Counted from the whole stretch's first letter, positions 26,745 to 36,198 are shown. The stretch: DNA of 63,901 nt, filler included, from an uncultured bacterium (GCA_964609495.1; 3 parts of 3 records of this genome joined end to end with filler, not necessarily neighbours in it), one strand, 5' to 3'. Notes: a model not told the origin generated them from the letters alone. Program-made: numbers and translations.

Positions 26745-28559
26745 GTGGTTGGACAAAGAATAGGCCATTACGAAATATTGGAGTTAATCGGTAAAGGCGG
26801 GATGGGAGCAGTATATAAAGCTAGAGATAATATGCTGGATAGGATCGTAGCTATAAAGATGTTGCATGAATATAGCCTTGAGGATCAGGAGAATGTAGAG
26901 CGCCTTCACCGAGAGGCTCGAGCGGCGGCTAGGTTAAATCACCTTAATATAGTGACCATATACGAGATTGGGGAAGATGACGAACGATACTATATCGTTA
27001 TGGAGTATGTAGATGGTATAGATCTCAAGGAGATGATAAAGAAGAGCAATATTTTACCAATTGAGCAGGCCTTGAATATCAGTATTCAGGTCTGTCAGGC
27101 TCTTGACAATGCTCATAGAAAGGGAGTAGTCCACCGTGATATCAAGTCCACTAATATTCTGGTAAATAAGGAAGGGATAGTCAAAGTGACAGATTTTGGA
27201 CTGGCTCGAATAGTGGATGCTCCTACTATCACTAGAGCTGGGTTTATTATGGGAACTATAGGCTATATGTCTCCTGAGCAGGTATTAGGAAAATCAGTTG
27301 ATGCTAGAAGTGATATATACTCTGCAGGAATAATTATTTATGAATCGCTCTCCGGGAATCTTCCTTTTGCTAGAAGTAATATAGCGGCTGCTATCTATGC
27401 GCGTTTGAATGAAGTTCCTAAAAACCTCAGAGAAATTAATCCTTATGTTCCTCCTGCTCTAGAGAAAATTATATTTAAAGCAATAGAGAGGGATGTCAAC
27501 AACAGATATCAGCGGATAGATGATATGCTCAGAGATCTCAAATACGTCAGAAATAGCCTAAGAGGTGAAGCTAAATATCTCTTGGGAGAAGAGGGTTATC
27601 CACCTTATCCTCCTCCAGAAGGGATATTCGAGGAGGATAAATTATCACAGGATAGGGCGAGCACTGATAAATTTTCTATATCAGCTATTGAGGAAGCAGA
27701 GGATGAGAGTATTGTTACCTCTCTGCTTAAAGCTTTGAAGGATGAAGATAGCTTTAAGCGGAGCAACGCGGCTGAGCTTTTGGGAGATGAAGGTGATAAG
27801 CGAGCGATCGACCCTCTTATCGAGGCTTTAAAAGATGAGGATAGTTTGGTGAGATGGTTTGCCGCTAAATCCTTGGGGAAACTCAAAGCGAAGAAGGCCG
27901 CTAAAGCTTTGTTAAAAGTGGTATTGGAGGATGAGGACGACTTTGTATCTAAATGCGCAGCCGAGGCCCTGGAGAAGATCGGTAACAAAGATATTATCCC
28001 TCCCTTAAAGAAGTCTCTGGAAAATGATGATAGTTCAAAGCGCCAGATTTCGGCTTATATTTTGGGCAGGATCGGAGATGAGGAAGTGGTAGATCTTCTG
28101 ATAAATTCTGCTAGGCACGATGAGGATAGGGAGGTGCGAGGAGCAGCAGTTGATGGTTTGGGGAATATAAGGAGTGATAAGAGCTTAGAACCACTAGTTC
28201 AGATTACGATGAGTGATAAAGACGAAGCGGTCAGGGAGAGAGCCGCGCTTGCTATCGCTTCTATCGGGAATAAAGCTATAGATATCTTAGTTAAGATGCT
28301 TAAAGACTATCGAGCTGAGATAAGAGCGGAAGCAATAAGAACCTTAGAGAGATTGGGAACAGCAGAAACGGTAAAACCCCTGATAGATGTGCTGAACGAT
28401 AGAAATAGTTTTGTCAAACGAAGAGCGATCATCGCTTTGGGAAGTGTTGGCGATCCGAGAGCACTAACTCCTCTTCGGGAGCTATTAAGAGATCTTGATA
28501 TGCAAACTTTGGCGGGCAGGGCTATTGAAAGAATAAGGAGCCGCTTCGATCGCCAATGA
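26745..28559 (+). CDS. Hanks-type Ser/Thr protein kinase with C-terminal HEAT (PBS-lyase-like) repeats
   Basis: GKGGMGAVY, VAIK, HRDIKSTN, DFG, YMSPEQ; repeated LKDEDS..R..AA..LG units; no TM. Confidence 0.93.
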   Translation: MVGQRIGHYEILELIGKGGMGAVYKARDNMLDRIVAIKMLHEYSLEDQENVERLHREARAAARLNHLNIVTIYEIGEDDERYYIVMEYVDGIDLKEMIKKSNILPIEQALNISIQVCQALDNAHRKGVVHRDIKSTNILVNKEGIVKVTDFGLARIVDAPTITRAGFIMGTIGYMSPEQVLGKSVDARSDIYSAGIIIYESLSGNLPFARSNIAAAIYARLNEVPKNLREINPYVPPALEKIIFKAIERDVNNRYQRIDDMLRDLKYVRNSLRGEAKYLLGEEGYPPYPPPEGIFEEDKLSQDRASTDKFSISAIEEAEDESIVTSLLKALKDEDSFKRSNAAELLGDEGDKRAIDPLIEALKDEDSLVRWFAAKSLGKLKAKKAAKALLKVVLEDEDDFVSKCAAEALEKIGNKDIIPPLKKSLENDDSSKRQISAYILGRIGDEEVVDLLINSARHDEDREVRGAAVDGLGNIRSDKSLEPLVQITMSDKDEAVRERAALAIASIGNKAIDILVKMLKDYRAEIRAEAIRTLERLGTAETVKPLIDVLNDRNSFVKRRAIIALGSVGDPRALTPLRELLRDLDMQTLAGRAIERIRSRFDRQ

Positions 28560-28638
28560 TACGAGCTTCTAAAGGGATCGATAAGCGAGAGGAAATCAGA
28601 TTGATCTCCTCTTCGATTATATCACGTTATAAAATCAT

Positions 28639-28824
28639 GTCAAGAAAATCCCGAGGCTTGCCTCGGGGAGCGTCACACTACTATAAGAGTGTCAAGGATA
28701 AATCCCTAATTCAATATAAGACAACTTGGTATATCCTCGTTGCCTTTGCTGTTGTCAACCAGCGAAATGTTGAGGGTCTCAAGGTCCGCCGACAAGCTGG
28801 TGATTTCAGTCGTCAGTAGTTGAC
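28639..28824 (+). mobile_element. Non-autonomous IS200/IS605 derivative (left-end hairpin plus tnpB 3' end/right end)
   Basis: gtcaagaaaatcccgaggcttgcctcggggagcgtcac hairpin; TnpB-like tail AVVNQRNV...QAGDFSRQ*; right end caagctggtgatttcagtcgtcagtagttgac; gtcaac 28754 pairs with gttgac 28819. Confidence 0.7.
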
Positions 28825-28924
28825 ATAAGTTTATGGAAGCAGAGGGGATGAAGTGTAATAACTTTATCCCCTTATATTTTTTATTATCATAAGATAAAGC
28901 TAACTATATTAGTCAATAAATTTA

Positions 28925-28953
28925 TTGACAATGGTGATAATATGTGTTATAAT
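28925..28953 (+). promoter_or_regulatory. Consensus sigma70 promoter of copZ
   Basis: TTGACA-17-TATAAT with extended TG. Confidence 0.8.
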
Positions 28954-28999
28954 CCGTTCGAGATTCTTATATAAGTTCAAATTCAAGGAGGAGAAGATA

Positions 29000-29215
29000 A
29001 TGGACTTAAAAGAGATCACTCTTAAAGTGGAAGGTATGACTTGTGATCATTGCGTTAGAAGAGTAACTAAAGGTCTTACTCAGATAGATGGGATATCTGA
29101 GGTCGAGGTAAGTTTGGAGGATAAACAGGCGAAGTTCAAATATGATCCTTCTCTCGTTGCTATGAACGACGTTATAGCTAAGATCAACGATTTGGGATAC
29201 GAAGCTAGCTTATAG
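29000..29215 (+). CDS. copZ: CopZ-like heavy-metal chaperone
   Basis: VEGMTCDHC HMA motif; ATG 29000 after aaggagg. Confidence 0.9.
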   Translation: MDLKEITLKVEGMTCDHCVRRVTKGLTQIDGISEVEVSLEDKQAKFKYDPSLVAMNDVIAKINDLGYEASL

Positions 29216-29293
29216 ATCAATCTATCTTAGACTATCAGATTCCTGAGTAGTTATAGACTATGAAGTATTGTCAACAGAAGGAGAACAATCGTA

Positions 29294-30793
29294 ATGCGCA
29301 AAATTGGGTTTATAGTTCTTCTGGTACTCCTATCTCAAGGAGTGATATACACTACTGAAGGGGCAGAGCAAGATTCGATCTGTATCTATGTATTTTACTC
29401 CGAGGATTGTGAGCATTGTCAAATAATCAATAAGGAGTTCCTACCTCCTATCTTAGAGAAATATGGCTCTAAATTGAAGGTGGAATATTTCGAGGTAAGC
29501 GATGTCAAAAACTATGACCTTATGCTTAAGTTCGAGAAGAAACATGGCATAACTGGGGAGGAATTTCCAGAGATAATTATCGGCGATTACCTTCTTGATG
29601 GCGAGGGAAAGATCAGAGCCAAGCTGGAGAAGATCATAGAGGAGTATCTAGCTAAAGGGGTGGATTGTCCTTCTCTAGCGGAGGAAGAGATGGGCGAAGC
29701 TAAGGAAGAGAACTTGATATATATGGCTTTCTTCACCATGCCTGGTTGTTCACAATGCGATCGAACTGAGGTTATGATCTCCCATTTGGAGAGGAAATAT
29801 TCCGCTCTAAAGGTCGCCAAATTCGTCTCAACGGATAAGGAACATAGGAAGCTATTTGAGGCGATGTGCAGATTATATGATATTCCTGAGGAGGCGGGGG
29901 TGCCTGCGATCTTCATAGGAGAAGATCACCTGCTTGGGGGAGAGGTGAGGGATGAGATGCTCGATTCCCTAATTCAAAAGTATTTGCCAACAGGAGCACC
30001 ACCTCGTTGGGAGGAAGCTGAGAGGTTAGAAGAACAAGCTCAGGAAAATATATTGGAGAGATTTAAATCCTTTGGACCTTTAACGATAGTTGTAGCAGGA
30101 TTGATCGATGGAGTGAATCCATGCGCTTTTGCCACGATAATCTTCTTCATCACCTACTTGACTTTTCTAGGACGAAAGGGAAAAGAGATATTATTGGTGG
30201 GTGTCTCCTTCACCATAGCAGTATTCATAACTTATCTTCTGATAGGATTAGGGGTTTTGAAATTTTTTCAATCGCTTCCCTTCTTCCCTCTAATAAGAAA
30301 TATAATTTATGGGATCATAGCTGTTATAGCGTTGGGATTAGGTATATTTAGCTTATATGACTATTACAAATTCAAGAAGCATAGAATCGAGGAGATGACT
30401 CTCCAACTCCCTCGATTTATAAAGAAGAGGATTCACAAGACTGTAAATAGCACGATGAAGGAAGAAGCCAGGATGAGGAATCACATAGTCGCCGCTTTCG
30501 TAGCAGGTTTTTTCATCTCAATATTGGAATCTGTATGCACTGGTCAAATATATCTTCCCACCATCCTCTTCGTGTTAGGAGTTCCAAAGTTAAAGACTTA
30601 TGCCTTTCTATATTTAATCCTATATAATCTGATGTTCATTCTCCCCCTAGTGATAATCTTCGTCCTCGCTTTTTGGGGGACTAGCTCTCAGCAATTCTCT
30701 GAAGTATTAAGGCGCCATATAGGTAAAGTTAAACTGGCAACAGCAACTCTATTCTTCGCTTTGGCGGCTTTTCTAATATCAACTATAGGGTAA
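29294..30793 (+). CDS. Two thioredoxin/glutaredoxin-like domains fused to a CcdA/DsbD-type membrane domain
   Basis: CEHC and CSQC; GLIDGVNPCAF and ESVCTGQIYLP in the TM region. Confidence 0.85.
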   Translation: MRKIGFIVLLVLLSQGVIYTTEGAEQDSICIYVFYSEDCEHCQIINKEFLPPILEKYGSKLKVEYFEVSDVKNYDLMLKFEKKHGITGEEFPEIIIGDYLLDGEGKIRAKLEKIIEEYLAKGVDCPSLAEEEMGEAKEENLIYMAFFTMPGCSQCDRTEVMISHLERKYSALKVAKFVSTDKEHRKLFEAMCRLYDIPEEAGVPAIFIGEDHLLGGEVRDEMLDSLIQKYLPTGAPPRWEEAERLEEQAQENILERFKSFGPLTIVVAGLIDGVNPCAFATIIFFITYLTFLGRKGKEILLVGVSFTIAVFITYLLIGLGVLKFFQSLPFFPLIRNIIYGIIAVIALGLGIFSLYDYYKFKKHRIEEMTLQLPRFIKKRIHKTVNSTMKEEARMRNHIVAAFVAGFFISILESVCTGQIYLPTILFVLGVPKLKTYAFLYLILYNLMFILPLVIIFVLAFWGTSSQQFSEVLRRHIGKVKLATATLFFALAAFLISTIG

Positions 30794-31062
30794 TGAAGAG
30801 GTGAGAAGAGAGGAGCAAGTAAGAAGTAATGGCTAATTTTTTACCAGTTGTAATATTTGTTAGCATTGAACTCATTCCCAATCTATAGATCACGATCTCC
30901 GCCGATACTTGCATTCGATAGATGGCTAAAAATCATCCACTACTTATTCGAGTCGATCGAGATTACTTTAAGACCAAAAACTAAATCTAATTTCAAGAAA
31001 AGTCGGTCAAATAAAGCCTCTTGGAGATAGCTCCAAGGGGCTTTTTATTTTGCTTCTAGTTT

Positions 31063-31078
31063 TGGCATACCACTTGCA
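31063..31078 (+). promoter_or_regulatory. sigma54 -24/-12 promoter
   Basis: TGGCATACCACTTGCA (GG-N10-GC); candidate enhancer boxes TGG-N11-CCA at 30830-46 and 30923-39. Confidence 0.75.
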
Positions 31079-31188
31079 GTAATAAATAGTGAAAATTGAA
31101 GTTAGACAAAATTACTTGAGTAAAGACTGTAGAAATGGTTTGTCATTCGGTGATAGCGTATATGATGCAGAAAAGGAGGTAATTAAAT

Positions 31189-31482
31189 ATGAAAAAGATA
31201 AAATTAAACGCGTTGGTTGATATCTCTGCTTTCTTCGCCTCTTTGGTTTCCATTTTTTCTGGGATTGTCCTATGGCAAGTTTTACCTAGTGGAGCTGGTT
31301 TCCGAGGAGGGAGAGGGCTATTAACTGATAGATTTTTCCTAGGGTTAACTCGTCACGATTGGATAGACGTTCATAACATCTCAAGCTTGATCTTTGTCAT
31401 ACTCGTCGCCTACCATCTCATTTTACACTGGAACTGGATCAAGAATTTGCCAAATTACTTAACAAGGAAGGAGGTGATATAA
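31189..31482 (+). CDS. Small membrane protein, DUF4405-like (conserved His, possible heme b)
   Basis: SGIVLW, WIDVHNISS...HLILHWNWI. Confidence 0.8.
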   Translation: MKKIKLNALVDISAFFASLVSIFSGIVLWQVLPSGAGFRGGRGLLTDRFFLGLTRHDWIDVHNISSLIFVILVAYHLILHWNWIKNLPNYLTRKEVI

Positions 31483-31483
31483 A

Positions 31484-32059
31484 GTGAAAAGACAAATTTT
31501 AATTCTAAGTGCGATCGCTTTACTCATAGGAGGAGTAGCGATCGGAGCTTTAGCCTACGATCCTGAGACTGCGGAGACGATAACTGGTAAAGTTAAGGAG
31601 CTAAACATCCAGCCACCTCACCCCTACTTCGTAGTTGAGACAGATGCGGGAGAGGTAATTGAAGTAGAAGTTGGCCCAATGCGGCATTGGGATTTAGAGC
31701 TAAAGGTTGGAGATACCGTCGAATTAAAGGGTGAGAAGTGGTATAGAGAGGTTGCAGGAGAGAAAGAGATCGAATTTCGTCCCTACGAAGTTAAGGTAGG
31801 AGATAAGACTCTTCAGTTCTTCAACGAATCTGGTTCTCCAACGTGGGCTGGTGATCGCCAAGGCAGATTATTCCAAGAGCATAAAAACTCTGATAATCGC
31901 CAGGGCAGATTGTCCCAGGATTGCGAATGTTCTGGTAGTCGACAGGGCAGATTATTCCAGGAGCGTGAAAACTCTGATAATCGCCAGGGCAAATCATCTC
32001 AAGAGCGTAAAGATTCTGGATCTAGAGGTCGCTTCCATCAGGGACCTAATGCTCAATGA
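31484..32059 (+). CDS. Exported OB-fold-like protein with repetitive RQGR tail
   Basis: Signal peptide; YDPETAETITGKV, VEVGP, LKVGDTVELKG; four 14-aa repeats. Confidence 0.75.
   Translation: MKRQILILSAIALLIGGVAIGALAYDPETAETITGKVKELNIQPPHPYFVVETDAGEVIEVEVGPMRHWDLELKVGDTVELKGEKWYREVAGEKEIEFRPYEVKVGDKTLQFFNESGSPTWAGDRQGRLFQEHKNSDNRQGRLSQDCECSGSRQGRLFQERENSDNRQGKSSQERKDSGSRGRFHQGPNAQ
31854..32021 (+). repeat. In-frame 42-bp tandem repeat x4
   Basis: Units start atcgccaaggcag / atcgccagggcag / gtcgacagggcag / atcgccagggcaa. Confidence 0.85.
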
Positions 32060-32098
32060 CACCATCACTGCTGGAGATTTTAATAGAGTGTCCATCTT

Positions 32099-32146
32099 CC
32101 CCTGGTTCCCCTTCCTCAAGGAGAGGAACCAGGGGATTTTATTTTG
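32099..32146 (+). terminator. Intrinsic terminator (a similar degenerate hairpin follows at about 32202-32248)
   Basis: cccctggttcc...ggaaccagggg followed by attttatttt. Confidence 0.7.
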
Positions 32147-32369
32147 AGCAGATTTAAGTAGGTTCAAGTAGATATTTTGTTAATCTCGACTGTAGATCTC
32201 ATCCCTTCCCTTCTTCTTCAAGGAGGGAGACGAGGGAATTTTGTTTTATTCAGATTTTAAAACTTTCTCCGAAGTATTGTAAATATGTGGAAAATAAGGG
32301 ATAATAAGAACAAATGATCTAAAACTTCCGGGAAATCACCTCAAATTTTTGGTATAATAAGATATTAAG

Positions 32370-34130
32370 ATGAAAAACAGGGTAAGGAAAAAGTCATATT
32401 TACCTATAGCCGCGCTTGTGATCGCGATGCTCATCCTAGCTACGACCTTAACTATTAATACTTATTATGGTATTAATAGGGAGAGGCACAATATGTTCGC
32501 TCTTTTGGAAAATAAAGGGATAACATTAGCTTTATCCCTAGAGGCTAGCACTAGAGCAGGGCGATGGCTCGATTATGACAATCTGCAAAGCCTAGTCTCC
32601 GAGGCGAGCAAAGATGAGGATGTAGCTTATATAGGATTGCTAGACGGTAAGAGAGAGGTAGTAGTTCATAGCGATCCAGAGCAGATAGGAAAAGTTATAT
32701 CGAGCGAGGTTATAGCTCAAGTTTTATCTAAAGGTGAGACGCTTGCTGGTATAGTTACTGATGATGGTAGGAAGATATTCGAGGTTATAAGACCGTTTCA
32801 CCTCGCTGGGGCTAATCAACATGGTATGATGGGAAGAGGGCGAGCGGTCAGAGTTCCTTCTGAAGATGAATATAACATCCCCGAGATCATCATAATCGGG
32901 TTAAATACGGGCAAAATTTATACAGCGGTAGTTGGAGCACGTAATCAGGCGATCTTAGTGTCTTTGGTGCTTCTATTAACCGGTGGCTTAGGGATTTATC
33001 TAATCTTAGTTACCCAGAGCTATAATCTAGTGGATAGAGCCTTAAAGAATATGCGGAGTTATACGAAGAGCGTTCTGGAAAGTATGCAAAACGGCGTCAT
33101 ATCGGTAGATGAGGAAGGACGAATCGTTACCTTTAATAGATCTGCTGAGAGGATATATGGTTTTCGAGAGAGCGATATAAGGGGTAAACCCTTCAGTGAG
33201 ATATTCAAAATCGAAAGTGGCGATAATGGTCAAAAACAAAGCTTATTAGATACTTTACACCTAGGAAAGATCTATACAGATCAGGAGCTATGGTGCTATG
33301 ATAAAGATGGACATAAACTACCGGTGAGTATAAATACCTCTTTAGTCAAAGATGAGGAGGGGCGAAATATAGGGGCGGTAGGGGTCTTCAGAGATTTGAG
33401 GGAGATTAAAGCCCTGCAGGAGAGATTGAGAAGAGCAGATCGCTTAGCGGCAATCGGTAGATTGGCATCAGGGATAGCCCATGAGATTCGTAATCCTTTA
33501 GGTTCAATCAAGGGTTTCGCTCAGATATTGAAGGGTAAATTAAGCTCCGATGAGAAGAACGAAAAATATATTGATATAATAGTAAAGGAGACGGATCGTT
33601 TAAATAAAGTGGTGAGCGAACTACTCGATTTCGCTCGTCCCAAGGAGTTTAAATTAAAGCCTATAGACATTAATTCCTTGCTGAGGGATATCATAGCTCT
33701 GGTAGAACAGGATGCTAGATTACAGAATATCAAGATAGTGAAAGATTTTACTCCCTCTTTAAACTCTCTTATGCTCGATGAGGAGCAGATGAAGCAAGCT
33801 CTTCTAAATATCATTCTGAACGGACTGCAAGCTATGGACGAAGGAGGAGAACTTAGAATAACCACTGAGATTGAGGATAAGGAAGGAGGAAAATATGTCA
33901 ATCTTATTATAGCTGACACCGGTGTGGGTATCGATCCCGAGAATTTGGATAAACTCTTCGATCCTTTCTTCACTACTAAAGGGAGAGGCACTGGTTTGGG
34001 ATTATCCATAGCCCATAGGATAATAACGGAACATCAAGGTCTGATTGAGGTTGAGAGTCAGAGGGGAAAAGGAAGCACCTTTACGATAAAAATACCATTA
34101 AGCCCAGGTGATAATGGCTATGAAGGATAG
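32370..34130 (+). CDS. Membrane sensor histidine kinase with PAS domain (ZraS/AtoS-like)
   Basis: Two TMs, PAS, AHEIRNPL H-box, DTGVGI, PFFTTK, GTGLGL. Confidence 0.93.
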   Translation: MKNRVRKKSYLPIAALVIAMLILATTLTINTYYGINRERHNMFALLENKGITLALSLEASTRAGRWLDYDNLQSLVSEASKDEDVAYIGLLDGKREVVVHSDPEQIGKVISSEVIAQVLSKGETLAGIVTDDGRKIFEVIRPFHLAGANQHGMMGRGRAVRVPSEDEYNIPEIIIIGLNTGKIYTAVVGARNQAILVSLVLLLTGGLGIYLILVTQSYNLVDRALKNMRSYTKSVLESMQNGVISVDEEGRIVTFNRSAERIYGFRESDIRGKPFSEIFKIESGDNGQKQSLLDTLHLGKIYTDQELWCYDKDGHKLPVSINTSLVKDEEGRNIGAVGVFRDLREIKALQERLRRADRLAAIGRLASGIAHEIRNPLGSIKGFAQILKGKLSSDEKNEKYIDIIVKETDRLNKVVSELLDFARPKEFKLKPIDINSLLRDIIALVEQDARLQNIKIVKDFTPSLNSLMLDEEQMKQALLNIILNGLQAMDEGGELRITTEIEDKEGGKYVNLIIADTGVGIDPENLDKLFDPFFTTKGRGTGLGLSIAHRIITEHQGLIEVESQRGKGSTFTIKIPLSPGDNGYEG

Positions 34131-35475
34131 GAATATCTTGATAGTAGATGATGAAGAGAGCATGAGGGAGTTGTTAACCGCTGTTCTGGAGGAGGAAGGA
34201 TATATAACCAAGGCGGTATCGAGGGGTGAAGAGGCTCTGGAGGAGGTGGGGAAGGGAGATTTCGATTTGGTAATTATGGATATGAAGCTTCCTCGTATGA
34301 GCGGGATAGAGGCTCTGCAAGAGATAAAGGAGATCAAATCCGAACTAACGGTGGTGCTTATCACCGCTTATGCCTCGGTCGATTCCGCGGTAAAGGCGAT
34401 GAAGCTAGGAGCTTATGATTATCTGACTAAGCCCTTTGATGTAGATGAATTGAAGATGTTAGTGGAGAAGATCTTCGAGCGACGCAACTTGATCGAGGAG
34501 AATATATATCTAAAACAGGAGCTTAAAGGAAGATACGAGTTCCACAATATAATCGGGCAGAGTGCGAAGATGCAGGAAGTATTCAACTTAATCGATATGG
34601 TCGCTCCCACCGTTGCCAACGTTATCATCTATGGGGAGAGCGGAACGGGAAAGGAATTGATAGCTAGGGCTATTCACGAGCATAGTCCTAGAAAGGATAA
34701 ACCCTTCGTTACGGTAAACTGTACGGCTATCCCGGAAAATCTTTTAGAGAGCGAGCTTTTTGGTCATGAGAAGGGATCTTTCACCGGAGCTACCTCCAGA
34801 AGAGAAGGAAAGTTTAAATTAGCCGATGGGGGGACTATCTTTCTAGATGAAATAGGAGAGATGAGCTTAGCGATGCAACCCAAACTGCTACGAGTGTTAC
34901 AGGAGAGAAAATTTGAGCGAGTAGGAGGAACGGAGGTGATAGAGGTAGATGTCAGATTAGTAGCGGCTACAAATAAGAATTTGGAAGAAGCGGTCAAGGA
35001 GGGGAAATTCCGCGAAGATCTCTTCTACCGCCTCGATGTAGTTCCTATTCATCTTCCTCCTTTAAGGGAACGGAAAGAAGATATTCCTCTGTTGGCAGAA
35101 CATTTCTTGGAGAAATATAACAGATTAAACTCCCGGCAAATTAGGAAGATATCTCCCGAGGCTATGGGGTTGCTGGTGAATTATCACTGGCCGGGAAATA
35201 TACGTGAGTTAGAGAATACTATCGAACGAGCAGTTATAATAGCTAGGGGAGAGACGATATTACCAGAGTATCTACCCTTGAGCGTTCAGTCATCCAGCAG
35301 GAAGAAAAGTGAGAATGAGTTAGAGGTAGGAATGTCGCTTAAGGAAGCCGAGGGGCTTTTAATTCAGAAGACCCTAGAAGAGGTAGGGGGGAACAAAAGC
35401 CAAGCCGCTAAGGTGTTAGGGATAACTAGACAGACTCTGAGGAATAAGATGAGAGAGTATGGATTAGATGGCTAG
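34120..35475 (+). CDS. sigma54-dependent (NtrC-family) response regulator
   Basis: Receiver domain, GESGTGKE, GSFTGA, WPGNIRELEN, Fis-type HTH. Confidence 0.95.
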   Translation: MKDRNILIVDDEESMRELLTAVLEEEGYITKAVSRGEEALEEVGKGDFDLVIMDMKLPRMSGIEALQEIKEIKSELTVVLITAYASVDSAVKAMKLGAYDYLTKPFDVDELKMLVEKIFERRNLIEENIYLKQELKGRYEFHNIIGQSAKMQEVFNLIDMVAPTVANVIIYGESGTGKELIARAIHEHSPRKDKPFVTVNCTAIPENLLESELFGHEKGSFTGATSRREGKFKLADGGTIFLDEIGEMSLAMQPKLLRVLQERKFERVGGTEVIEVDVRLVAATNKNLEEAVKEGKFREDLFYRLDVVPIHLPPLRERKEDIPLLAEHFLEKYNRLNSRQIRKISPEAMGLLVNYHWPGNIRELENTIERAVIIARGETILPEYLPLSVQSSSRKKSENELEVGMSLKEAEGLLIQKTLEEVGGNKSQAAKVLGITRQTLRNKMREYGLDG

Positions 35476-35493
35476 AGCTAATTCATCGTAATA

Positions 35494-35532
35494 TAAAAAA
35501 AGTGGCAAGGTTCTTATTTCTACCCTGCCACT
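35494..35532 (-). terminator. Terminator after the pilin gene
   Basis: agtggca...tgccact stem with A7 on the plus strand. Confidence 0.6.
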
Positions 35533-35569
35533 ACACCACTTGTTAACTGTATTCTCTCCTCAACAGACT

Positions 35570-35866
35570 TTAGGGAGCACCAACTGCTCCTGAGGTATCA
35601 TCGTAGCTGAAGTCACTGTAATACTGTAACTCGTAGGTAGCCATCCTCGCAATCAAAGTAGTTTTGTCGGGGAATGTTCCCTCATACTCTCCGAAGTAGA
35701 TAACTGCCGCCGAAGATAATGCTCCGAAAGTTCCTTCGTCAGCTCCCAGCTTCGCTCTGTTCGTCAGGTTAGCATAGATAGGAACTGCGATAGCGGCGAG
35801 GATAGCGATGATCGCAACTACGATCATAAGCTCGATCAGAGTAAAACCTCTCTCGCTCCTAAACAT
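35570..35866 (-). CDS. Short type IV pilin
   Basis: Class III signal [26 protein letters not shown] aaaggaggagg. Confidence 0.9.
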   Translation of the reverse strand: MFRSERGFTLIELMIVVAIIAILAAIAVPIYANLTNRAKLGADEGTFGALSSAAVIYFGEYEGTFPDKTTLIARMATYELQYYSDFSYDDTSGAVGAP

Positions 35867-36198
35867 ATTTTACACCTCCTCCTTTTTATATCCTAAAAAC
35901 CTCATCCATCCTCTTAAGATTTTTTTGCGATTATCTTCGCCCTTATATATACCCAAGCTCTCGAGATTTTAGACCTCACTTTCCAAAAATCTTCATATTT
36001 TTTTCAAAGGTTCTCGAAATCTCGTTCAAGCTTCTGGATTATATTATACCCAGTTGGCTTTAGTTTTAGACCTAATCTTTAGAATTTTTTGATAAATTTT
36101 TCCCGAAATCTAACAGAAAGCTCCCCAGTTCTACTGAGGAGCTGAATTTAAAGCTACAATGATAATCCCTTCGGATATCTCTAGTTGGCGATGATCCG

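Noticed and set aside
28556-28819. 87-aa ORF
   Set aside because: Chance read-through across the IS remnant; only its last ~25 codons are meaningful (tnpB tail).
28740-28824. IscB-type omega-RNA on the minus strand (starts gtcaactac...)
   Set aside because: The downstream IscB scaffold and ORF are absent, while the plus strand has TnpB-like tail codons, so a tnpB right end fits better.
31854-32021. Possible CRISPR array (regular ~42-bp period)
   Set aside because: No unique spacers; units are contiguous, in-frame and inside a CDS; no cas genes.
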